Assembly: GCA_010093995.1 (NCBI GenBank)
Contig: ML992524.1
Span: 35,606 to 83,020, forward strand
Origin: Elsinoe ampelina
Lineage: Eukaryota
Length of the DNA stretch: 47,415 bases
Direction of reading: 5' to 3'
Part shown: piece by piece, positions 34,593 to 46,721 of the stretch
Layout: each line of letters starts with the position of its first letter
Numbering within the stretch: the stretch's first letter is position 1
Program-made: the position numbers and the translations under genes
Notes under the pieces: model-generated
The model's input: the letters and a program-made list of their open reading frames with translations, nothing else
Database searches by the model: none
Told to the model about the DNA's origin: nothing

Positions 34593-35410
34593 ATGACCCA
34601 AGAAATCTCCGAGCGCGACAAGAATGTCATGATCGCCGCCCTCCTCTGCCTAGACTCAACCGACATCAAGATCGACTACGAAGAGTTGGCCAAGAAGCTC
34701 GGTCTCAAGAACAAAGCCTCAGGCTGCACCGCCTGGAACAACACCCTGCGCAAGATCAAGGCACACAAGTTCGCCGGCGGTGAAGGAGAAGGTACGGTAC
34801 CTTTTCCCCCTTGAATCATCCCACCCCTATCCTCCCTCCCTCCCACAGCACTCCTCCATCTCCTCCTCCCCAGTGCGACTCGCTCGGCGCGATTCACACG
34901 ACCTCACCCCTCTTCCCCCTCTCGACTTTCACTCCCACACATTCCCACCTCTGACAACCCCCCTGACCACCTCCAGACGAGTCTGCCCCCTCCCCCGCCC
35001 CCAAAAAGACAGTCAACAAGAAAGGCACCGCCAAACGCGTCCCCGCCAAGCGCAAGACCCCTACCACCACCACCGTCTCCGAGGACGACGACGAGGGGAC
35101 ACCCCCTGCCGCTGCCGCCGCCGATGACGACGAAGCCGACAACGTCGAAGGAGAGGAAGAGGAGAGCAAGCCCGTCAAAAGGGCCAAGACAGGAAAGGGA
35201 AAGGCCGGCTCACCTTCTGCCGCTGCGGGGGGAAAGGGGAAGAAGGCTCCCGCCTCTACCTCTGCTGCCGCTGGAGCAGGCAAGGGCAAGGGAAAGGGCA
35301 AGAAGGCGAAAGAGGTTGATCCCGAGGATGAGCCTGCTGATGGTGACGAGGGAGAGGAGGTGACTGCCGGCGGGAAGGGATTTACGTCTATCAATGGCGA
35401 GGACGAGTAG
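34593..35410 (+). CDS. Small Myb-like/H1-like basic protein, paralog D (210 aa)
   Basis: Exons 34593-34791 and 34977-35410 (633 nt, in frame). Domain ISERDKNVMIAALLCLDSTDIKIDYEELAKKLGLKNKASGCTAWNNTLRKI. K/A/G/P-rich and acidic tail. Confidence 0.85.
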
Positions 35411-35665
35411 GGTTCCTTCACCCATAAAGTCGGAAGTCGGCGGTGCGACACGGTGATCGAATGGGAATGGCGGTCGGTTCGCGGTGATGGTTTGGCTTGC
35501 TGAGAGGACGGACGAAGCGATGACAACAGACAAAGCAAGAGAGAATAGTAATGGTATACTTACATTGATTCATCATACAGATGTAATAGTATGTGATGCT
35601 CTTTCAGCAATGGTTCCTCGGCGACGTGCTCGGCGACGACGGGTGCGCAACCTCCTTTCGACTCA

Positions 35666-38600
35666 TCACATGGCAGTGATGGCCTTTCTCAGCACCTCCA
35701 GCCCTCTCAAGTCCACTTCCTCACTGGCATTTTCGTCACCGCCTCTCAGAATGGAAGCAACGTCGCTCACCCACCCTAGACCCATTTCTTCTTCGCCCCT
35801 CTCTTCGGCCTGGACCTTGAGTCTGCCGGTATGCTCCCAATCCCTTGCCGCCTCTTCCGCGCGCTCAATGACCTTCCTCGGGATGCCACACATGGCAGCG
35901 CAATGCATACCGAAGGAGCCCTCGGCCACACCGTCCTCCAATCTGTAGAGGAAAGTGACTCTCTTCTCCTCGTCGTCGACGTCGATGGCCATTCTCTTGG
36001 CTTGCACCTCCGGGTGGTCCGCAAACTCAGCAGCCAGGGAGTGGTAATGCGTTGCGAAGAAGCCGACACATCCGACGTGGGTGGCGATATGGTGGAGGAC
36101 AGCTTGAGCGACAGCGACACCGTCGTAGCTGCTGGTACCCCGGCCAAGCTCATCGAGAATGACGAGAGATCGAGGTGTAGCTTCGGCCAGGATCTTCTTG
36201 GTCTCGGACAGCTCGACCATGAATGTGGATTGACCAGCAAAGATGTTGTCCTGAGCACCAAGACGAGACATGATGCGATCGACCGGAGTAAGAATGGCGG
36301 AAGAGCAAGGCACGTGGCATCCGATCTGAGCAAGAATGATAGCCACGCAGGTCATGCGAAGGACTGTAGATTTGCCGGCTGCATTGGCACCAGTGAGGAG
36401 GGATAGCTTGGCACTGTCACCACCTAGATTGATATCGTTGGGAATGAAATCATCAACGGTCGTGAGCATAGTAGGGTGACGAAGGTCGACAAAGTCCAGC
36501 ACTGATCGTTCAGTGTCGACGAAAGATGGTCGACAAGACGGAGCACCAAGACTGGACGATGCTTTGGCCAGCGAGATGAGACAGTCCAGGTGGGCAACAA
36601 TCTTGACAGCGGCGAGCCACACAGTGTAGTCTTCGTCAAAGCGAGCGTAGAATCTACCAGCCACTTGCTTGACAATCTGGGCGTGGACTTCCTGTCCTTC
36701 CTTGAGCGCCTGCACCAGCTTTTCAAGCTTGGGGAAGTAGTAGCGCTTGACTGCCTTTGTCGCTGACATCTGTCGCCAATCCTTGGGCACGTTCTTGATC
36801 TTAATCGGCACCTCCAGCTGGTAGATCTCCTTTCCATTGTCTGTAAATTTGACAGAGCTGGATCCGAGCTCTTTCTGCCAGTGTTTGAGTAGAGCTTTGA
36901 GCTGCTTCGTGATGTCCTCAATGTTATCTCCACTCTGGTCAAAGTCAGCCTCCACACCAGGTTCGGGGACTAGCAGTCCGTCATCCTTGGCTTGCTTGCG
37001 ATCAAACGCATCCTTCCAGTGCTTGAGTGCTCCCGAAAGGTCGGGCATGGACGTGATGAGTTGACCAATAATCCCCTCATCGTCACCGTACTTTGTCAGA
37101 AGACTCATGGTGTACTCGATCTGCTCGAAACCTTCAATGACCTTGAGAAAGTCTTGGGCTCTGCAACGACCAGCGTGGATGCGGGAGATGAGACGTTCCA
37201 GATCAGGCAACTTGGACAGAGATGCAGTAAAGTTATCCGTCAGCTTATCATTGTTGTTGAGCAAATCGACTGCGTCCAGGCGTGCGTTGATCTTTGCGGC
37301 GTCTGCAAGGGGATGACACACCCATTGTCGGAGCATACGTTTGCCGAATGGTGTGATGCACCGATTGAGCATGGTAAAGAGCGTACCATCAGCAGAGCCG
37401 TCAAAGTTGTTGGCAAATATCTCAAGGTTGATCAAGCTTTGACCGTCCAAGACCAAACTCGAAGCCTTGCGGATGGGATCGTACCAGCTGAAGTTGCCAA
37501 GCGAGACAAGCTCGCGGTCGATCTTGAGCGTGTGGAGATACCAAATGAGAGCACCGACGGCAGAGTAGACATTCTCCTTCTCTTTAGCCTCCCGCAAAGC
37601 AGCTGGCCATGCATTTGCGTCGTCTTCATCGGATGGTGAGAAGTAGCGCTCTCCAGCGAACAGGAGATTTGCTTTTGAAGGTGACAGGAACTCCTTGTCT
37701 GATTTCAAGTTGTTCCAGATGGTTGTTGGAGGAGTGTTGTTCTTGAGGATACGCAACGCGCGTGAGGAATTGTGACCCTTGTCCAGTATAAGTTCGGCTG
37801 GTCTGACCTGGGCGACAAAAGTCTCGAATTTAGTCATGTCGACATCGTCAACAAAATCGGTCAGCTGAAAGTGTCCAGTAGCAGTGTCGACAAAGGCAAT
37901 GCCAAAGGCGGGAAGACCATCCACCTCGCTCTCCTTGATGGCAGCGCAGTAGGTAGCCATGTCATCCTGTAGCATGCCACCCTCAACCAGCGTGCCCGAC
38001 GTCAAAACGGCAGCTAGCTCTCGTCGTATGACCTTTTCCTCCTTGGCTGGTTTCTTGACCTTTGAACCAGCTTTCTCGTCCCTTTCACGCATATCCTTGC
38101 CAAGAGCAGACTCCATCTGATCAACTCTTGCGATCTTGTATCCCTTTGCCACGAATTGGTTGGCCCAATATTCCAAGGATGACTCCGGGACACCGACCAT
38201 GCGCATGTTGACACGGTCTGTCAGCTTCAAGTCGAAATGGACATGGCCTACTGTGGCGTCGTTCTCATACAGCTCGTAGAACTTCCCCTTCTTGAAGAAA
38301 ACGATTGTGTCCCAGAACTTTCTCTTGATCTCCCAGTATTGAGTCTCGAAGGGAGAGAACTTCTGCCAGGCCCCAGGTGGAATATAAATGGTTCGCGGAT
38401 CGTAGTCTGGGTGTCCAGGAGGGTTTCTATCCGCATCGAGAACGTTGGCTAGCCAAGGGTATCGCTGGTCTGGCTCCGTGACATGTGCTTTCTGCTTTTT
38501 GTTCGAGCTCTTTTGTGTCTTTGCAGGGGCTCGTCTTATCTCGCCCTGGCTTGAAGCGATGGGGTCAAACTTCCATTGCTGCGCTGTCGACTCTGATGGA

Positions 38601-39366
38601 ATGACAAGATCGTCCGCGTCTGTGGAAGGCGATTGGGGAGCAGTTTTCTTGACAGGAACCGACGCCTTTTTCCTTGGTTGCGCTCGAGGAGCATCGTCGT
38701 CATCCCCATCTTCGACGATGAAGTTGTCAATGTCTGCTGCAATCAGTGCTATGTTGATGGTGGAGGCTGCTTGGAACGCACCATCATCGCTGTACTCGCC
38801 CTTGGATTCTTGTTGGTCGGGCATGAAGACATCTCCATCATCCGAGTCCTCCTCTATGCTGAGCTTCCTCCTCTTATTTGCCCGTCCTTTGGCATTCGGA
38901 GCCGCCCTCTTGATCGGCTCCTCGTCCTCATCTTCAGACTCGGCATAGCTGACCTTCTTCTTTGCCTAATACAATTAGTGTCCAGTAAGATCACCGACGG
39001 AGGGTGGTCACTCACTCTTCTAGAAGGACTCGAAAAGGCAGGCAATGGGTCTTCTTCAACTACATTGTCAGAGTCTGGACTGCTGTATCAGGTAGATAAC
39101 GCACCATTCTCCTTGTCCGTACTTATGACAGCAGCCTTGGTGGGGAGAGGTGGGCTGGACGTGAGCTCGGCAGTGTCTATGCTGGGACTTGGTGTAGGTA
39201 TGGAGGAAGTGGGCGCTTTCTTCTGCTTGTCTAGTGCAGGCGATGAAGCTGGGCCCGATTTCTTGCCGAAGAAGCCCAGGATGGACTTTTGATTGCTCTT
39301 GAGAGCAGACGCGGTGGGTTTTGCCTTGGGAGTGGACATCTCGTTACCTTCTATGCCTCGAACCAT
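35666..39366 (-). CDS. MSH6: DNA mismatch repair protein MutS homolog 6
   Basis: N-terminal PIP box QKSILGFF, YDPRTIYIP, mismatch-binding FFKKGKFYELYE, Walker A TGANAAGKST, ILDELGRGTS, FATHY. Three 5' introns. Confidence 0.96.
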
Positions 39367-39458
39367 GTTGGACGAGAGGTATGAAGGATGTCGAACGGAA
39401 TGGCGTGAGAGGTACGTGTGTATGAGCAAATGAAGGTCGGTGACTTTTTTGGGGGGAG

Positions 39459-39475
39459 ACGCGACACGAAACGCG
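39459..39475. promoter_or_regulatory. Clustered MCB/SCB-like G1/S elements upstream of MSH6
   Basis: ACGCGACACGAAACGCG contains two ACGCG cores and CACGAAA, about 95-110 bp upstream of the MSH6 ATG in the divergent MSH6/FPGS promoter. Confidence 0.6.
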
Positions 39476-39720
39476 AGGTTGGACCCTATACCCATGCCAC
39501 TCTGCCTTAAAGGGAAAGTGGCTCATTTTCAGTAGTGGCTCGACAACATGGCTCATTTCCCCCCCAGTATCTCCGACCTCTTCTCTTCTCGCAATTCTCC
39601 GATAAACCTTGACCATGTCATGCTCCTCATGACTCAATGCATCGGGCATGGAGTAGGCTGACCTTGTCACGTCAGTCAGGTCTCTACTTGTCAATCAATC
39701 GACATCGACACTACACAGTC

Positions 39721-41356
39721 ATGGCACGAGACTACGCGGTAAGTATCTGTCAAGGTGAGTAAAGTGCATACTCATGTACGCACAGGCGGCCGTGCAGGCA
39801 TTGAATACCTTGCAAAGCAATTTTCAGATCGTAGATGCCATCCGCAAGTCCGGTAGAGGCATGAACCAGAATGCTATCCCGGAGATGATCGAGTGGACAA
39901 AACGTATTGGTTACGAGGTGTGCGTCCCTTCTCATCTTCCCACCAGAGCAAATTCTGATGGCTCTAGCCCAAGGACCTGGACAAGCTGAATGCTATTCAC
40001 GTGGCTGGCACGAAGGGAAAAGGCTCCACCAGTGCCTTCGTCTCGTCCATCTTGTACCAGTATCGCAACAGCGGTTCCAAATCCCCATCGAAGATCGGGC
40101 TCTACACCTCGCCACATTTGCGCTTCGTCAGAGAGCGAATACAGATCGACAACCAACCTTTATCGGAAGACATGTTCGCAAAGTACTTCTTCGAGACGTG
40201 GGATAGGTTGGAAGCATCAGCAAAGGCAGCAGGTCACCAGGACCCTTCATCGCCAGAGACGAAACCAGTATACTTCCGCTTCCTGACTCTCATGGCTTTC
40301 CACTGCTATATCAGCGAGGGCGTCGACGCAGCCGTTATCGAATGCGGCATTGGTGGCGAGTACGATAGCACTAACATTCTGGTTCAGCCAGCCGTGACCG
40401 CCGTGACAAGTCTAGGCATCGACCACACCGCCATGCTTGGAGAGACAATCGAATCAATAGCCTGGCACAAAGCCGGCATCTTCAAGCCATCCGTCCCTGC
40501 CTTTTCCGCTCCACAGCCCGACACAGCTGTCAAAGTCCTCCAAGAGCGGGCAGTCGAGCGCGACACCACCCTCAACGTCATCAACCGCCACCGCGGTCTC
40601 GACAACCTTACCCTCGGCCTCGCAGCCGACTTCCAATACACCAACGCCTCCGTCGCCATCGCCGCCGCCTCAGCCTACCTGCACTCCCAAGGCCACACCG
40701 ACATTCCCCCACCAATAGACCAATCCTCGCCCCTCCCCGCCAAATTCATCACCGGCCTCGAACAAGTCCACTTCGGCGGCCGCTGCGAAACACGGAAAGA
40801 CACCCCCTCCAACCTAACCTGGCACATCGACGGCGGCCACACCCTCGAGTCAATAGAAATGGCCGGCCGCTGGTTCTCTTCCCATTCCACATGCACCTCC
40901 GCGCCGCGGATCTTGATCTTCAACCAACAATCGCGAGACGCCCGCTCGTTGGCACTGAAGCTCCACTCCACCCTCACGTCCGCCATCTCCTCATCCCCTG
41001 CTACCGCGGAGAAGGAACCCAAAGGCCCTTTCTCCCACGCCATCTTCTGCACAAACACTACGTACAAGCAAGGGGGTTTCAAGCCTGATTTGACGAGTAT
41101 CAACACGAACGCCAAAGACGTGGAGCTGTTGTCTGTCCAGAATAAGTTGGCCGAGACATGGAGAGAGGTGGATCCGACTTGCGAGGTGGAGGTGTTGAAG
41201 ACGGTGGAAGAGGCTGTGGAGAGGGCGAGGGAGGTGGCCAAGGCAGCTAAGGAGGAGGAGGGGGAGACGAAGGTGTTGGTGACGGGGAGTTTACATCTTG
41301 TGGGAGGCGTGATTGAGGTGTTGGAGAGTGAAAAGGAGAACGAGGCGACTTATTGA
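39721..41356 (+). CDS. MET7: Folylpolyglutamate synthase
   Basis: MARDYA/AAVQALNTLQSN, IHVAGTKGKGST, GLYTSPHL, FRFLTLMAF, ECGIGGEYDSTN, LGIDH, IDGGHT, VLVTGSLHLVGG. Two 5' introns. Confidence 0.93.
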
Positions 41357-41478
41357 ATATTTGGTGGTATGTCGGCGGAGATCTGATTTCAACATAGACG
41401 GCGGGGCTTCATCAGCTTCTGGATGTAGGAGGAATGTGATTCGTGTTTGCTTGCTCATGCTATTGTCGACGTGGTTCC

Positions 41479-43169
41479 TCAGGGATCGTAGGGACCACGT
41501 GCCCTCTTCCCGCTGAGGACCTCTGGCTCTCCATCTGTCACGAGGTAGATATCCTCGTGCCTGACCCCAAACTTGCCTTCGAGGTAGATGCCTGGCTCAT
41601 TGGTAAAGGTCATGCCGGGCTTGAGGAGAGTACCAGTATTCGCTTTGTTGAGGTAGGGGGACTCGTGAGCTTTCTTATCAGTCTCCAATCAACCGGCCAT
41701 GCAGACGACTCACCCTTGATTCCAATGCCGTGTCCCACTCTATGTGTGAAGGTCCCATTGTACCCAGCCTCGTCGATGACCCCTCTGGCAGCCAGATCCA
41801 CCGAAGCACAGCTGTTGTTTGTCTTGAACATGCTACCTGCGGCCGATTGAGCTTGGAGAACGACATCCCATACCTTTTTCTTTTCTTCTAGCTCATCCTC
41901 TTTGGTCGAATCGTCTTTGACTTGCTCCCTGTCATCATGCCACCATGCTCCAACATCGCTGACCAGTCCGGGTAGGTGGAAGGAAGACTGGACAGGCTTC
42001 ATGAAGAACGATCGACAGACGTCCGAAGAATAGCCAAGGTAGTGGTAGCTACTGCTGTCAGTATCATGGTTGTAGTTGAATGCGATGTGGTACCCACCCG
42101 ACATCGATGAGGATCATAGTGTGCTTGTTCAAGACCTTGTCTCCAGTGGCAAATCCTCCGTGAGGAAGCGCCGCATTCTCGTCAAAGAGGACAATGTTGA
42201 AGAAATCCTGGAAGCCGATCGTCTTCATAGCGTGATCAAGAATATGGATGAGATCACGCTCCCGCAGACCTTCCTTCAAGCCTGTCATCTCGTCAGCATA
42301 TCCATTCACAGCATCGAAAAAAGAGACTTACACGGCTGCATCGCTCTGATACCCTGTACAGTACCCGTGTTGACTGCCCTCAAGAGCTCCACTTCTGCTG
42401 GCGACTTGATCTGCCTGACCTCTTCCACTTGCTGCGAAACACCAACAGTCCTCAAGCCAGACCCTTGCAGACCACGGCTGATATAGTCGCGCAGCTCTTC
42501 ATCAATCATGACGGTGATATTTCGACCTCCAAATACCTGCTCATACAGAATGGCGTAAGGATCCTCATGCTCCTCCCAAGGGATAACGTCCAGCTCGCCT
42601 TTTGACGGGATCCCGAGCATCTTGACTCTACCAACCTCGAAACTCGGGGCGAGAAAGGTGGTATTGGCGATGACAGAGCCATTGACTCGTTGCGGTTGAG
42701 TAATCATGAGAAACGGGCGTTCTTCAGGCTCCCATGGCTCCCAGTCAATTTGTGAGATGTTGGCATAGTACTGTGAAGTATAGCCAGGTTCAAGGACGAA
42801 GGCGTCGATCTTGGATTGAACCAATGCGTTCGCCAATCTGTCTCTACGATCCAAGAACTCATCATTTGAAATAGGTACAGCGTGTTTCAGAAAGGATAAA
42901 TCGTGTTGTAGGTTGGAGGTAGTGCATCGCAGGGCGTTGTCAACCAAGACCTTGTGAGGGACGAATCGATGAAGGCTCGATATGCACACCAATGCGTAGA
43001 GGAACACCGTGACGACTGCGGTCCTACCAAGCGCCGTGAACAGTATGCGCCGCTTGCGTGTCTCTTCGGTCTGCGGTGGCGAAGATGGCTCGTGTTCAAA
43101 GTGGTTCAACTTCTCCGCCACAATGGTATCGCCGCTGAACTCTCGACGACAATTCATGGTTGTTGGCAT
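41479..43169 (-). CDS. M24 metallopeptidase (Xaa-Pro dipeptidase/aminopeptidase P-like) with N-terminal membrane anchor
   Basis: IKSPAEVELLR, ALPHG, metal ligands in ILIDVG, YSSDVCRS, HRVGHGIG, TNEPGIY and GVRHED. Three introns join four ORF pieces. Confidence 0.9.
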
Positions 43170-43414
43170 TAGTGATGTGGTACGCGCCAGTGATCAATGA
43201 TATGATGAGCAGGAAATGTCACAGTCGTCTTTGTGTTTGAACAACATCCGATGGTGATACGTATATGCACAAAGAGCAAGGCAGGAGCGAATGGCGGAGG
43301 TCAACTTCGAGGCGGCACTTGGTAGACCATTACAGTAGCAGAATGTCGGCAAATATCTGCCACGAAAGTCCAAAGGTGTGCAATATTTATATCGGAGTGC
43401 TAGTAACAACACAC

Positions 43415-45033
43415 TCATGATGCATGCCGTTCTCGTAATCTGACGAAGAATCCCGACTGCTTCACGAACCATGCATTGTGCAGATGCCACTCTCTGTCCG
43501 GCCGGTCGAATTCAATCTATCAATCGTCAGCAATCGATCACTGTACAGATCAATGACACATGCACTGACATCGAATCTGTCCAAGAAGGCCGGCACCATC
43601 TTGTACATCTCCAGAAGGCTAATATTCTTCCCAATGCATGTCCTCGATCCCATTCCAAAGCTGAAGATGTGATTCTCCATCCTTCGTTTTGTCTCCTTGT
43701 CAGCCTCCAACCACCTCTGCGGTCGCCATCGTGCGGCATCCTCGCCAAAGATACCCTTATCCCGGTGGACGACCCAGGCATTGGCCCCAACGACGGTACC
43801 TGCAGGTAGGTGCACACCACTAATGGTCGTCCCGCCTTGTGGTACCATCCGTTCCAGCGTCAAGCCAGCGGCAGGATGACACCTCAGTGCCTCTTTGACC
43901 ACTGCGTCCAGGAATGGCAGCTGTCTGACCTGATTCCAATCAAACATGCCGTCCATCCTCGTGTACTCTGGTGTCTTCTTCGCTCCCGCAATTTCCTCTC
44001 TCAGGTACCTCAGATCTTCCGGATTTTTCAGCAGATAGTAGAAGATAGCCCGCAGCGTGATGGCTGTCGTGTCCGATCCGGCAAATATGTTGGCCACAGT
44101 CAATGCGAGTACCTGTCTCTGCGTAATAAATTCTGGGTCTTTCTTGTTCGCCTCCATGAACCTGCTGAGAAAGTCTCGATACTGTGCGTTCCACTCCGCT
44201 TTCTCCAAAGCCGCTCCGTCGGGCCCGTATCGCTCTGCAAACCTCGCCTTAGCAAAGCGAACCATTGGGGTATCTGCTTGCCACAGCCCGAGCCTACTCA
44301 TGAGCAATCGGAAAGGGTTCTTCAGCATTACATAGTCGAGATCCGGAATCTGCCCGACTACCGAGGCATAGTCTAGCATTCGTTCAATGCTACCTATGAC
44401 ACCCTCGACATCCTTGCCTCCGTCCACAAAGCCCAATCTCTTAGAGAAGGTCAGCTCGCCGATAACATCGAAGGCGTAGTATTGAAGCCAAGCTCCAAAG
44501 TCAAGGACGCTCTCGGGATCGTGGGAGAAGCGCTTGCTCATCTGCTCCAAGAACGCGGAAGTGGTTGAATCGACGAATGGCTCAAATTGTACGAGTGTGC
44601 TCATCGCATATGCGTTGCTGACCGCTCGACGAAGACGAGCATGCGCTACTTCGTCAAGGGTGGTGAAGAGCGTGAGAAGCGGCTGGCCCATTGAGAGTGT
44701 CTGCTGCACCCGATAGAAAGGGGACTTGACGAAACCAGCATTTGGTGCGTAGATGGTCTGAAGCGCTGCAGGATCTGAGATCGAGACCGACTTGGGGCCG
44801 AGACGGACAACCGGTCCGTACTTTTCATGTAACTCGATATGTGTCATTTCTGGGCGATACCTCCTCGCAATCATGTATCGCCACAAGTCTGAGAGGCTTG
44901 CTAGCCATGGTCCCGGCACATGAGATATACCGGCACCGTACCGGTTGTGAACCACCAGGCAGAGTAGGCCAATGAGAATGGCGACGAGTAAGGCGAGAGG
45001 CGTGGATAATACGGCGAGGACTTCGAAGAGCAT
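43415..45033 (-). CDS. Cytochrome P450 (pisatin demethylase-like clan)
   Basis: N-terminal TM, AGSDTT, KEALR, RPQRW, FGMGSRTCIG. One 3' intron giving IEFDRPDREWHLHNAWFVKQ...*. Confidence 0.93.
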
Positions 45034-45235
45034 GGTGGTAAAGTCGTTGATTACACCTACATGTTGAGCTGGCTTACAAACAAGAGCAAGAAGACGTCTG
45101 TCGGACAGTGTGGGGTTGAGAAACGTGAGGGGTACCTTGGTAGACCAGGGAAGCCGCGGAACGAATTCCACCATGGGTGCGGAAACCTTGCCGCATGTCA
45201 TGCTTTCCCATCGCTATTCTTCGCTTGTTTCAACT

Positions 45236-46721
45236 TCACTCTCTGTGAGCTACAGTCTTCCTCGGCACAAGCATCCAAGTGCAGGCCGTCGCGGACAGTA
45301 ATCCAAGAAGCGTAGGCTGCAGTACTTGAACGCCTGCTTTGGCTGCGATCAAGCCAGTCATTGCAGGGAACACGCTACCTCCAACTTGTCCTAGAACAAA
45401 GACGAAAGACAAAGCGGATGATTTGACATCGTCCGCAAAGAGTCTTGATGCCACTGAGACACCCTATCATGACCTTAGTGCGAGTCGATTGTGAGCCGCA
45501 GAACTTTACTTACAGCTGCGAAGAATGGTCCAAGAAAGAAGCCCATCATACTGACTACTACGGATGCAGCGATGATGTTTGGAACTCTACAATCAGTCAG
45601 CTCCAATATCTTACTCAGCTGATGACCATACTGACAGCCAAAAGACGAGCTGTAGTCCTATGCAAATGATGCAGTATGAAAGCACCGTCCATCGTTCGCC
45701 GAGTCTTTGTGTAGGCTCGGTTAACAGTAGTCTACCGAGAAAAGCACCGCCATTGAAGCCAGCCGGAACATAGCCCATCTCCGCGAGGTCACCTCCACGT
45801 ACCACAACCAGATACTCGACGATCCATCCACTAGCAGTGATGACTGAGCCCAGGTAGAAGAGGAAGAAGATGCTGATAATCCAGGTCGTTCGGGAAGACA
45901 TGGTCTTTTGCATATCCTTGAGTGCAACCTTGACTGACGTTTTGGTCTCGGAGACGTTCATCGGCTCTTTGCTAGCTGCCGTCCACGGCCCTATCCATCT
46001 CCCTCTCAGCCGGATTCCAATGAATGGCTTGAAAGCGATAGCAGTGACGACCAGATTGGCTAAAGACAAGAAGGCCGGGAATGAGTAGAAAAGCCACCAT
46101 CGATTCTGTGGCGCACTCGCAACACCGGTCGCGACAAAGGGTCCTACCAATAAGCCCCCAGCGTAGCAGGCATGGATGAGACCCAACCATCGATGGGCAG
46201 CAGTCTTGATGCCGGCGACGAATGTGTTTGCGTGCGTATCCTGGTATGCTTGTCCAAGACTTGCAAACATGAATGCGATGGCGAAGACCGGAAATGGCAC
46301 TAGCCAGATACGGAGCATATGCGACACAAGCTGCAAGGTCGCGCCGAGGATGAGCATAGTGCCAAAGGAGAGGTATTGCATCAATAATGAGTTGGTCAAG
46401 AATGCTATCAGCCAGCCGGAGAAGGTGGTGCCATAGCTGTGGACTTGTCAGGAGCGTCGCAAGACAGGTCTTTGGGTTTGATACTTACATGATGGCAATG
46501 GAACCCGTGCTGATCTGGTAGGTCCGAGTGATGTACGGGATGAGCGCTCCCAGACTGCCATCGTGTACGCCGGCTACGAAGAAGGAGAAACCAGCTGTGG
46601 CAATTCTCGAGATATCCGCTCGCTTGATGTTAGTATCTTCTGGTGGTGCGCCCTCCTCAAGACCAGTGTCGCCTTGTGCTTCCAGCTCTATGGCCTCATT
46701 GGACGGTGTCGTAGTTGCCAT
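45236..46721 (-). CDS. MFS transporter (fucose-permease/Bsc6-like)
   Basis: FFVAGVHDGSLGALIPY, GQAYQDTHAN, HACYAGGLLVGP, SGWIVEYL..VRGG, GAFLGRLLL, GQVGGSVFPAMTG. About 12 hydrophobic segments over several exons. Start codon approximate. Confidence 0.88.

Noticed and set aside
34791..34976. [D1,2] stwintron in paralog D (G|GTACGG...CAG|TGCGAC)
   Set aside because: Two-step removal would delete one extra nucleotide and shift into an unnatural frame. Single-intron removal already gives the family-like frame, and the internal intron has no good branch site.
35617..35638. 10-bp direct repeat CTCGGCGACG in the MSH6 3' flank
   Set aside because: Too short; likely a local slippage duplication.
38737..38781. 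Apparent peptide insertions in MSH6 (GAFQAASTINIALIA) and SAC1 (25182-25232)
   Set aside because: Both are in-frame, stop-free introns with canonical donor, branch and acceptor sites that the ORF track reads through.
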